Source of the DNA: Mobula hypostoma
Lineage: Eukaryota
Length of the DNA stretch: 64,000 bases
Assembly (NCBI RefSeq): GCF_963921235.1
Contig: NC_086105.1
Location: 120,776,001 to 120,840,000, forward strand
Direction of reading: 5' to 3'
Of the stretch, positions 38,646-49,536 are shown in pieces. The notes beneath the pieces were generated by a model. It searched no databases, was not told the DNA's origin, and saw nothing but the letters and a program-made list of their open reading frames with translations. Position numbers and translations under genes: made by a program. Every line of letters starts with the position of its first letter. Within the stretch, counting starts at the first letter, position 1.

Positions 38646-39977
38646 AAATATATCCATAAAGTTATCAAATTTAACTTGAATAGCTTTGTGGAAATTTTGG
38701 AGCCTATCAATGCTTTCCCTAAAGAAAACAGGAAATCCTATCTGCAACTTGAAGATGAGTAATGGACTAGGAGCTGGTACTCCTTACTGATACTAAGCTC
38801 TCCGTTTAGCTGTCCAAGGCAAGAATAAGGTTGTATTCTGTCCCCTCTCATAGTTATCAACTTCTATAACAGTTAAAGTTTGTGCAGAGACGTAATCACT
38901 TGACACTTCTGCAATTCAAACTAGAGTAAACATGCCACCAGAAGTCCAGGTAAAAGATTGCAAAAGTAACAAATACAAAGGTAAATTGCTAGAACTGTTT
39001 GATGACTTTCAGGCCAGATCTGAAGATTTGCTGAACTTCAGACTCTGCTTCTCCTACCTTGATTATGATTGATGAAGGAGTGAAGGAGTCTTATTTTCAA
39101 AAAGATGATTATGGAAACATTCACTGTATAGATAGAATTACCGGAACTCCAAGAAGTGCAAGCTCTGAACATGATCTGCATGTTAAGAGTCTACAAATGA
39201 ATTCTGGAAGCAATTACCAGGACCAGTATCCTCATTACAAGAATAGCATCATATGACTCATTTTAATTAACAGCATATTGTTTTGAATCACAGTATTTTT
39301 TGATGAAATTCATCAAATTAGTATTTCCTTGACATTTGGCTGAGAAACCCTAGATTATTTGAGAACTTGCTAAGAACATTCCCAAACACAACCATATTGG
39401 AGAATCACAAAGCCTCCAATTCCACCGTAAATAGGATAGAGGAAGATTATGCTTAACAACTTTCTAGAAGTTGGAGTGTCTGCAGTAAAAATGCATACCT
39501 TGCAGCTCTCAAACTTCTGAATATCATTGAATTGCTCTGAAGGTTAGCAAGTTTAGCCACACTGCTATAAATTAAATGGTTTAGTCTGTTAGGTGGCACA
39601 GGAACAATTTGGCATTTAATTGGAATTTAAATGAAGACAATTGCACAAATAAGCTTGTACAGCACATGGAAAGGACACAAGGTCAAAAGTATACCTTCTA
39701 AAGATATAAAGGTCAATTTTCTATTGGTATATGGCAATTGACAATCACTATATTACTGTTTTTACTGGAGATGATCCACATACTGGCAGTAAAAGGTGCA
39801 CAGGCCTTGTACATTTAACATATTAGGGTTGGTATTTGTGATCAGTAATGATAGCACTGTATCAATAGAGAACGCAGTAGAGTAGGAATGGTGAATGCAG
39901 TACGAAGTGAGAATTGCCACTGATGTACTAGATAGTGTAGTGTTATAGTGACATTGGGTAGGGTAATGGTATAAGCT

Positions 39978-40170
39978 ACACTCACAAAACGCTGGAGGAA
40001 CTAAGGAGGAAAGGCAGCATCCATGGAAAAGAGCAGTCCTGATTAGGGGTTTCGGCCGGAGGCGTCAACTGTTTGCTCTTTTCCATCGATTTTGCCAGGC
40101 CTGCTGAGTTCATCCAGCGTTCTGTGTGTTGCTTTGGATCTCCAGCATCTGCAGATTTTCTCTTGCTTGT
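39978..40170 (+). mobile_element. Penelope-derived fold-back element with degenerate hammerhead in its loop (40035-40070)
   Basis: Arms cacaaaacgctggaggaact..catccatggaaaagagca and tgctcttttccatcg..tccagcgttctgtg, plus tail tccagcatctgcagatttt. Confidence 0.8.
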
Positions 40171-40457
40171 GAATGGTACAAGCTGTGGGGATGTTGGGTA
40201 GGGTAAGAGCACTGTGGTGATACCAGAGAGGATACTGGCACTTCATTGCCGCTAATAGTGATACCAGGCAGTCCACTGATGCCAGGTAGGCAGAGAGCAT
40301 TAAAGGGTTTAGCACTAGCCAGTGCCCTGGTGCCGGGCAGGCGAAGAACGGGGGCCGAGCCTACAATTCCTAATTTCCCTCCAATATTTGGTACCGGTCC
40401 AGTTAATTCCGGCCTGCACCCGGAGGCCGCCACCCGCTGGACCCCGGTGTCACAGAC

Positions 40458-40497
40458 CTGAACAAAACCCTCGAACCGCCTTCAACAGCGCCGCCAT
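40458..40497 (-). CDS. ECI1: ECI1 exon 1 (start codon)
   Basis: AAAATGGCG Kozak; MAALLKAVRGFCS(G) transit-peptide-like; phase-1 donor G|gtctgt; the 7 exons sum to 924 nt (307 aa + stop). Confidence 0.85.
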
Positions 40498-40528
40498 TTT
40501 TTGCCGGGGAACAGAAACCGGAAGCTGT

Positions 40529-40621
40529 GGGGCGGAAGCAGTGCTGCCTTTCGAGCTGCGGGGCGGAAGCAGTGCTGCCTTTCGAGCTGCGGGGCGGAAG
40601 CAGCTCTGCCTTTCGAGTTGC
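40529..40621. repeat. 3 x 31-bp tandem repeat GGGGCGGAAGCAGTGCTGCCTTTCGAGCTGC
   Basis: Copies at 40529 and 40560 are identical; the copy at 40591 has 3 substitutions. Confidence 0.97.
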
Positions 40622-41008
40622 GATGGAACTGCAGCTTGTGTTGTCCGGCCTGCAAATCCACGATGATCCTGCAGATGGTGAGGGGGAGTCCTTTCGAAAA
40701 CCGTACTTTGTGCTTTATCTCCGAAATGGTCGTACGTTCGCTGATTGCTCCCGTCCAGTTTCAAGTATGCACATAGCACCAGATGGATTTTAACTTATGC
40801 CGCTGTTCATTTGATTTGTGTGATTGAAAACACCTCTGTTACTTTCTACGACGTATTTGCAAACTATGAAAAACATTTTGTTTGAATAAATGGTCCGTAA
40901 AAGTGGAGTGGCAATTTAGAGAGAAGAGGAAGTTCTCTTCAGTGGATTACAAGGGGTGGTTAATAAGTTCCTGGCCTAAGGTGGAAGGAGTCAATTTTAG
41001 AAAACCTA

Positions 41009-41196
41009 AACACGAGGAAGTCTGCAGAAGCTGGAAATTCAAGCAACACACACAAAATGCAAGTGGAACGCAGTAGGCCAGGCAGCATCTATAGGAAGAA
41101 TCCTGACGAAGGGTCTCGGCTCGAAACGTTGACTATACTTCTTCCTACAGATGCTGCCTGGCCTGCTGCGTTCCACCAGCATTTTGTGTGTGTTGC
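41009..41196. mobile_element. Penelope-derived fold-back element
   Basis: Arms 41041-41100 and 41139-41198; tail 41009-41040; 13-bp TSD TTTAGAAAACCTA at 40996-41008 and 41197-41209. Confidence 0.88.
41099..41134 (+). ncRNA. Minimal type-I hammerhead ribozyme motif with intact core
   Basis: AAUC-CUGACGA-A-GGGU[CUCG]GCUC-GAAA-CGUU/GACU; predicted cleavage after 41130; transcription and activity not shown. Confidence 0.7.
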
Positions 41197-41289
41197 TTTA
41201 GAAAACCTAGCACATTTATTTTTTAACATAGTTCCCTCAAACATGTACACACTTAGTCCAGTGGTCGTGGAGCATACAGATCACTTCTT

Positions 41290-42254
41290 TAGAACATAGA
41301 ATAGTACAGCACAGTACAGGCCCTTCGGCCCACAATGTTGTGCCAACCCTCAAACCCTGCCTCCCATATAAGCCCCCACCTTAAATTCCTCCATATACCT
41401 GTCTAGTAGTCTCTTAAACTTCACTAGTGTATCTGCCTCCACCACTGACTCAGGCAGTGCATTCCACGCACCAACCACTCTCTGAGTAAAAAACCTTCCT
41501 CTAATATCCCCCTTGAACTTCCCACCCCTTACCTTAAAGCCATGTCCTCTTGTATTGAACCGTGGTGCCCTGGGGAAGAGGCGCTGGCTATCCTCTCTCT
41601 ATTCCTCTTAATATCTTGTATACCTCTATCATGTCTCCTCTCATCCTCCTTCTCTCCAAAGAGTAAAGCCCTAGCTCCCTTAATCTCTGATCATAATGCA
41701 TACTCTCTAAACCAGGCAGCATCCTGGTAAATCTCCTCTGTACCCTTTCCACTGCTTCCACATCCTTCCTATAGTGAGGCGACCAGAACTGGACACAGTA
41801 CTCCAAGTGTGGCCTAACCAGAGTTTTATAGAGCTGCATCATTACATCGTGATTCTTAAACTCTGTCCCGCGACTTATGAAAGCTAACACCCCATAAGCT
41901 TTCTTAACTACCCTATCCACCTGTGAGGCAACTTTCAGGGATCGGTGGACATGTACCCCCAGATCCCTCTGCTCCTCCACACTACCAAGTATCCTGCCAT
42001 TTACTTTGTACTCTGCCTTGGAGTTTGTCCTTCCAAAGTGTACCACCTCACACTTCTTCAGGTTGAACTCCATCTGCCACTTCTCAGCCCACTTCTGCAA
42101 CCTATCAATGTCTCTCTGCAATCTTCAACAAACCCCTACACTATCTACAACACCACCAACCTTTGTGTCATCTGCAAACTTGCCAACCCACCCCTCTACC
42201 CGCACACCCAGGTCATTAATAAAAATCACGAGAAGTGGAGGTCCCAAAACAGAA
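41290..42254 (-). mobile_element. Young 5'-truncated CR1
   Basis: Clean ORF WQMEFNLKKCEVVHFG...RPHLEYCVQFWSPHYRKD, KFADDTK, (ttctatg)n tail. Confidence 0.95.
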
Positions 42255-43889
42255 GTGGTCCACAACAGGGATGATTGATAAGTTGGTGGCCTAAGGTAAA
42301 CAGAAATGAGGGATACAGCTCTCGTTACATGCACGTGCAGTTCAACTCTTTGAGTGAAAATGCAGAAAGTTTGAAGTTAATAACTCATCTCCTTTTACCT
42401 TAGGCCACGAACTTAACAAAAGATGTGTGGGTATAGGTCCACTAAAGGTTGCACAAGTAAAACCCATAGGTAATGATACTGAAGGGGCAGAGAAATTGAA
42501 TACTTTTCCTCACCAATTTACTGAGAACAATAAGGTGAAATACATTTTCTGAAAAAATTATTGCTAGCAATTTCTCCCTGCATTAATTTTACACAACTAA
42601 AATCTGCTTATTTTCTGATTGAATAATAACACCTTAATACATAAAGTTTACATTTTGGTAGGGGACTCTGAATGAATTTCAATGGCATTAATTACTAATA
42701 TTGCTTACCTTTTTTTATTTAGAAAGGGGAAAATACTAGTTTGTATTATCAAAAGTCGCAGCAGGGATGACTCTGCCACATAGGAGCACTGGGAAGAGAA
42801 CCCAATTTGGGGCCAAATTATGAGATTCGGGATCTAATGATCTCTGAGAGTGAACGAGAAGAATGAATTCCAAGCATGCTGGAATGGAGCTCACGATACT
42901 AAAATCAACCAGAGAGATATTGTGTAAATTAGCGATTTTGAAGCCTGGAACATTTGGGTAGTTCTGGGATCAAGGAGCACTAGAAATACAGTCAAGGGGG
43001 TTGTGGAAAATGGCAGGGATCTTGACATCTGGAGATCATAGGGCTTGGAAGTGGTGGAGTGAAGATGAGTGGGATTTTAAGTCAAATCATTGTGTTCAGT
43101 AAGGTTTGAAGGAATTTTAAGATAATGGAGTGTAATGTGATTATCACTAAATTTTACAGAATGTAAGGTTTTTTTCTTGTTTATAAAATGAATGATTAAA
43201 TTATGGGATAGGAACGTGCAACTTTACAAAATGGACTTACAATATTTGATATGAATATGTGAGTAGATGTTCATTCATCAGTGGATTATTAACATTTGTT
43301 GGTGTTTGCAGTCTAAATAAACATAAGCTTCAGCATAATATATTCAAAACTTCATTTATACAATTTCCATATTATTATATACGAAGCAGATTTTATTAAT
43401 TTGCATTTCTACAGAAACAAACAAGTGATTAAAACAAATTATATATTAACAATTTTTCTTTCTAATTCATCCACAGCACAGATATTACCTTTGAAAAATT
43501 TGTGGCATGGTTAAACTGAATGCTTGGGTTCTGATGAAAGGTCACAGATCATTTTCTCTCCCTTCACAAATAGTATTTATCTGCAGAGTAGTTTCAGCAT
43601 TTTCTGTTTGTCATTTATTTTCCTGTGATAGCACCATTGTCAAATATTCCACAGACATTAACTTTGAAAGTTCGAACAGGAATAATGAAGAAATTATTGA
43701 AATAATATAGGCACGTACAACAACTGCAATGTATATGTACACCTTAAGTCACTCAAGTAAATTCTGTGTTCAATGTTAATGAATTTATTACATTTAACTT
43801 CATCAATTGTGTAAAGTTTGGAAGAAGTTAAAACTTGTCCAAAAGTGTGGTTTTATGAAATTACAAATATAGAGGATTTTCCCTTACAA

Positions 43890-45780
43890 AGATCAATGTA
43901 AATTTTATTATCAAAGTACACATATGTCACCATATACAGTCCTGAGATTCATTTTCTTGTAGGCATACTCAGCAAATTTGCAGAATATATAACAGGATCA
44001 ATGAAAGATCAACTAGCATGTAGAAAGTCTTCGACTGTAAGTACCTCTGGTCAAGAATGATGAGTTCGGAAGGCACTGGCGTGGAGGGCAAAGAACGACA
44101 TGAAGGAAATCTGGAAGTTGAGTCTGATCAGAGGGCTTAAAAATGATCTTCATAGCAGTCATAGAGTCCATTCTCACGTACGGATGCGAGACGTGGACAC
44201 TCACCAAGACTATGCAAAAGTCTCTAGATAGTTGCTGTACACAAATGCTCCAGATGGCTCTTGACGTGAGTTGGCAACAGCACATGACAAACATTGAGCT
44301 CTATAACGACCTACCGATGCTGACCACTAAAATCGAGGCGAGAAGAATGCAACTAGCAAGGCACTGTCTACGCCACCCCGAGCTACGTGCCAGCCTAGTC
44401 ATCATATGGGAGCCCAAGCATGGGAGGATGAACCTTGGGCACCCTCCCAAGACTATGGTCAACACGCTCCTAGAAGACAGCGGCGCGACTAATGTAGATG
44501 AACTGAACACACTGATGAGGGAGAGGGAGAAGTAGAGAGGCCGTCATCGTGCCCGACGCCGACCCCCTAGGCCTGAGTCAACGTAGTAGTAGTAGTAGTC
44601 GTAGCAGAAGACAACAAATTGTGCAAATGCAAAAGTAAATAAACAACAATAAATAATGGGAATGTGAGATAAAGAGTCCTTAAAGTGAGATCATTGGTTG
44701 TGGGAACATTTCTACGATGGGGCAAGTTATCCCCTTTATTCAAGAGCCCAATGGTTGAGGGGTAGTAACTGTTCTTGAACCTGGTGGTGCAAGTCCTAAA
44801 CCTTTTGTACCTTCTATCTGATGGAAGCAGTGAGAAGAGAGCATGACCTGGGTGGTGGGGATCTTTGCTGATAGATGCTATTTTCCTTCGACAGCGTTTC
44901 ATGTAGATGTACTCAATGGTTGGGAGCTTTACCCTGATGTACTGGGCTGAATCTTCTGAAATAGTAACACCCAGGAATTTGAAGTTGCTAACCCTCTCCA
45001 TCTCTGATCCTCTGAAGAGGACTGGCTCATGAACCTCTGGTTTCCCTCTCCTGCTCTATAATCAGTTCCTTGGTCTTGCTGATATTGAGTGAGAGGTTGT
45101 TGTTATGATGCCACTTAACCAAATTTTCATTCTCCCTCCTGTATGCTGATTCATCACCACCTTTGATTCAGCCCACACAGTGGTGTCATTAGCAAACTTG
45201 AGTATGGTTTTGGAGCTATACTTAGCCACACAGGGTTAGGTGTAAAGTGAGTAGAACAGGGGGTACACAGCCCTATGGTGCACCTTTGCTGATGGAGATC
45301 ATGGAGAAGATGATGTTACCAATCTGAACTGACTGGTTTCTACAAGTGAGAAAATCCAGGATCCAATTGCATAAGGAGGTATTGAGGCCAAAGTCTTGGA
45401 GCTTATTGATTAGTTTTGAGGGGACGATGGCATTGAATATTGAGTTGTAGTTTATAACGAGCATGCTGATTTAAGCATCATTGCTGTTCTGATGTTACAG
45501 GGTTGATTGAAGAGCCAATGGGATGGTATCTGCTGTGTATCTGTTGCTTCAGTAGGCAAACTGGAGCGAATCTGTTTGTAAGTCGCCTCTCAGGCGGGAA
45601 CTGATATGTTTCATCAGCAATCTCGCAAAACACTTCATTACTGTAGGTGTAAGTGCAACTGGGTGATAGTCATTGTGGTAGGTTACCATACTCTTCTTGG
45701 GCAATGGATTAACTGAAGTCTGCTTGAAGCAGGTGGGTACCACACAAGCGAAAGGTTGAAGATCTCAGTGAACTCACCAG
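43890..45780 (-). mobile_element. Rex1/Babar LINE interrupted by an RTE element
   Basis: [33 protein letters not shown] and VSNFKFLGVTISED. Confidence 0.85.
44015..44603 (+). mobile_element. RTE-clade LINE 3' end with (TAG)n tail
   Basis: ESILTYGCETWTLT..RRMQLARHCLRH..LVIIWEP; tail gtagtagtagtagtagt. Confidence 0.85.
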
Positions 45781-45935
45781 CCTTTCATATATAAGCTCCA
45801 TTCAATCTACTGACTCCTTCTGTGCCAACCTTTGGCCACAAAATGGAGCAAAGGGAAGGGTTACATGGGTCATGATGCTTAACTCACCTCCTTATCAAAT
45901 CTACTTTCCTCTTAATTTAAATTTAGCACTTTGGT

Positions 45936-46092
45936 AACATTATCTACAGTAACTTTGTGGCCCGGGAGTGTTACCTTCTGTAACTTTGTGGCCCGTGAAA
46001 ATTACCTACAGTAACTTTGTGGCCTAGGAACATTATCTGCAGTAACTCTGTGGCCCAGGAATGTTACCTGCAGTAACTTTGTGGGCTGGGAT
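45936..46092. repeat. 5 x 31-bp minisatellite
   Basis: GTAAC recurs at 45949, 45980, 46011, 46042 and 46073; consensus AAYRTTACCTRCAGTAACTTTGTGGCCCRGG. Confidence 0.93.
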
Positions 46093-46399
46093 CCCTAATT
46101 CACTTTTCAGTAATCTCCCTGTTTTTATTGTCTATGTGCTATTTCTGTCCTTTACATTTGTTGCTCATACAAAGCTGCATCTCTGATACAATTGGAGCAA
46201 CCTGCACAGCCCTAATCTTATGACAGCAGCAATGGAACACTATGAACCACCTCCTGGGCTACTATTGAATTGTCTCTGATTGTGGCTTTGTTTTTTCACA
46301 GTCTTTTTTTCTCTCTCTCTTCACTGTCTTGTATAATTTATGGATTGCATGTTGTCTGTATTTATGTACATGTGAAGCAGCTGCAAGTAAGTTTTTTGG

Positions 46400-46645
46400 T
46401 ACAGGGCGAGCAATTTCAACTTCCTGGCTGTGAACATCTCTGAGGATCTATCCTTGGCCCAACGTATCGATACAGCTACAAAGAAAGTACGACCGAGGCT
46501 ATATTTCATTAGGAGTTTGAGGAGATTTAGTATGTCACCAAAGAAACTTGTAAATTTCTACAGACATACTGTGGAGAGCCTTCTAACTGGCTGTATTACC
46601 ATCTGGTATCGGGGTGCTACTGCACAGGATCAAAATACTTTTCAA
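46400..46645 (+). mobile_element. Rex1/Babar fragment
   Basis: NISEDLSLAQRID..RLYFIRSLRRF..VESLLTGCITIWY. Confidence 0.8.
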
Positions 46646-46669
46646 TGTACCTGTGCTCCCATGTAGATG

Positions 46670-47010
46670 AGGCTCATCAGCTGTAGCAGCTCATCTAGGA
46701 GAAGGAAAACTCTAATCTCAAACCTCCGCTGCCTTGCAGCCATAACCGTTCACGGAGAAGGCTTCGGGAGTAAACCCCAAGGAGAAATCCAGAGTTGGAG
46801 TCCCTAAGTCAGTCCTACGTTGAGTTCAATGCTGACTAGCAACTCCTGCAATACGACTGGTGCCAAACTGCATCGGACTCTGCAGTTCCTTTGATTTCAT
46901 CAGTTGCATGGATGGGGTGCCTGCTGCAAGGGCAACAATTTGCACTCCATATCATACTGCCCCAACTTGCTTATTAATTAAACATAAAACAGCTGGGTCG
47001 CAACATGCTC
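46670..47010 (+). mobile_element. RTE-like 5' UTR or derived non-autonomous element
   Basis: ctaggagaaggaaaactctaatctcaaacc resembles a recalled RTE 5' UTR motif. Confidence 0.4.
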
Positions 47011-47011
47011 T

Positions 47012-48374
47012 TGGTGGGAGAGCATTTTGGAGGTAGCAATCACAACTCTATCTCTTTTACCATAGCGCTGGAGAGGGATAGGAGCTGACAAATTGGGGAA
47101 CATTTTAATTGGGGTAGGGGGAAATGTGATGCTATTAGGTAGAAACTTGGGAACGTAAATTGGGATCAGATGTTTTCAGGGAAATGCACAACAGAAATGT
47201 GGCAAATATTCAAGGAACATTTGCACGACATTCTGCATAAGTATGTTCTGTTGAGGCAGGGAAAGGATGGTAGGGGTAGGAACCATGGTGTACAAAGGAC
47301 ATAGAAAATCTAGTTAAGAAGAAAAGTAAAGCTTAGAAAAGGTTCAAGAAACTAGGTACTGTTAGAGCTCTAGAAAATTACAGGGGTGCCAGGAAGGAGC
47401 TCGAGAATGAAATTAGGAGAGCTAGAAGGGGCCATGAGAAGGCCTTGGCAAGCAAAATTAAGGATTAAGGGAAATCCCCAACGTATTCTACAAGTATGTG
47501 AAGAGCAAGAGGTTTAGCCATGTGAGAATAGAATCAATCAAGTGCAATAGTGGAAATATATGCATGGAGCCAGAGGAAGTAGCAGAGGTACTTAATGAAT
47601 ACTTTGCTTCAGTATTCACCAGTGAAAAGGACCTTGCCAATTGTGGAGATGACTTACAATGGACAGAAACACTTGAGTGTGTACAAAGAGGATGTGCTGG
47701 AGTTGTTGAAAGGTATTAAGTTATATAAGACACCAGGACCGGACGAGGGATACCCCAGGCTACTGTAGGATGCGATGGAGGAGATTACTGAGCCATTGGT
47801 GATGATCTTTACATCATCAATAGGGATAGGAGGGGTACCAGAGGACTGGAAGATTGCAAGTGTTGTTCCCTTCTTCAAGAAAGGGAGTAGAGATAACCCA
47901 GGAAATTATAGACCAGAGAGTCTTACTTCAGTGGTGGGCAAATTGTTGCAGAAGATCCTGAGAGGCAGGATTTATGAGCATTTGGAGAGACATAATCTGA
48001 TTGGGGATAGTTAGCATGGCTTTGTCAAGGACAGCCCGTGTTTTATGAGTCTAAATGAATTTTTTGAGGAGGTAACAAAACACATTGATGTAAGTAGAGT
48101 AGAGGATGTAGTGTATATGGATTTCAGTAAGGCAGTTGATAAGGCTCATGCAAGGCTCCTTTAGAAAGTATTGAGGCATGGGATCCAAGGAGACCTTGCT
48201 TTGTGGATCCAGAATTGGCTTGGCCACAGAAGGCAAAGGGTGGTTGTAGGTGGTTTGTATTCTGCATGGAGGTCAGTGACCAGTGGTGTTCCACAGGGAT
48301 CTGTTCTGGGATCCCTCCTCTTTGTCATTTTTATAAATGACCTAGATGAGGAAGTAGAAGGGTGGGCTAGTAAG
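47012..48374 (+). mobile_element. CR1 ORF2 middle portion, cut just before FADD
   Basis: [36 protein letters not shown], then an abrupt switch to LTR sequence. Confidence 0.92.
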
Positions 48375-49536
48375 ATGCCTACTGATGATGTCATCAACTA
48401 GAGACAAAGATCACATGACCTAAATGACTGCTATATGAAACTACCAGCAAAGGGTGCAAAATGACAAATAAAATAACTGACTTAAGGCAGCACACTCCCT
48501 GCCTGGTATCCATAGATACCACAATTTAACACTTTCACAGTTCACCTCTAAATGAGGAAGTCCCTCATTCCTAGTCCTCAAGGGAGAGCAGCAGGACCAC
48601 TTCAGCCACAGGCCTGAGTAACAGCTTTGTTCCATCACCTCTGTTGGTCTTCACCTCAACCTTACGGACTCTTCCATCCTTGCTGGGAAATACCTGAGTT
48701 ATGACGCCTAAAGGCCTGTCACTTCTCTTGGATTGACAATCCCTCATGAGCACCACAGATCCTGGTGTGATGTTTGGCCTACTGGACGTCCATTTCCTTC
48801 GTAACTACAAGGTAGACAAGTATTGTTTGCGCCATCTGTCCCAGAAGGTACTGGCGAGGCTTTGCACCTGCCGCCACTGTCTCTTGTACAGGTCCTTGCT
48901 GTTGAACTCACCTGAAGGAATGGGATAAGGGTTGCTGTTCTGTGTGAGCGGCGTGGCAGGAGTGAGAATGAATGGATCTTCTGCATCTGTAGACATGGGC
49001 ACTGGAGGTCTATTGTTCACAATGGCCATCACCTCGACCATAAAGGTGGTGGGCACCTCATGAGTGAGACAAGAAGGTCCTGACTAGAGAAGCATAGAGT
49101 CCAGGATTTTGCGGGTGATGCCGATCATTCTCTCCAGTGCACCTCCCATATGGGAGGAATGAGGCGGATTGAATGTCCAGGTACAGCCCTTTTCTGAGAG
49201 GTACCTCTTCACCACATCTTCGTTAACATTGGAGGAGATTCCTAGATCTTTGCATGCGCTGATGAATTTCGTTCCCCGGTCAGAACGGATTTGCTTGAAT
49301 GACCCATGAATCGCCAGGAACCCTCTCAGGGCATTTATAAAACTTGAGCTGTCCATGGACTGTATGACCTCAAGGTGGATGGCTCTGATGCTTAAACAGG
49401 TAAATAAAACTGCCCATCTTTTACTTTCGGCATGGCCACCCCTCGTACGGTGCGCAGAGATAGTCCAGGATCCAAATACGTCAACACCAACATGTATGAA
49501 GGGCGGTTCCATGCTGAGTCTATCAGAAGGTAAGTC

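Larger units (their letters stand above)
40320..40760 (-). promoter_or_regulatory. ECI1: ECI1 CpG-island promoter with YY1, ETS/GABP and GC-box motifs
   Basis: GCCGCCATTTT (YY1) over the ATG, CCGGAAG at 40518, and three GGGGCGGAAG. Confidence 0.8.
40948..42418. mobile_element. Mariner-like MITE hosting a Penelope hairpin and a CR1
   Basis: TIR-like ataagttc(c/g)tggcctaaggt near 40962 and 42278, inverted accttaggccacgaactta near 42397-42415. Confidence 0.65.

Noticed and set aside
40529-40621. CRISPR array or coding repeat (several overlapping ORFs at 40322-40793)
   Set aside because: No spacers; the ORFs are by-products of a GC-rich promoter, and only 40497-40458 is coding
45936-46092. CRISPR-like regular repeats
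   Set aside because: Contiguous tandem units without unique spacers, no cas genes, vertebrate context
46650-46760. HDV-like ribozyme in an RTE-like 5' UTR
   Set aside because: Could not build the nested double pseudoknot by eye; only a simple gatgag/ctcatc stem is visible
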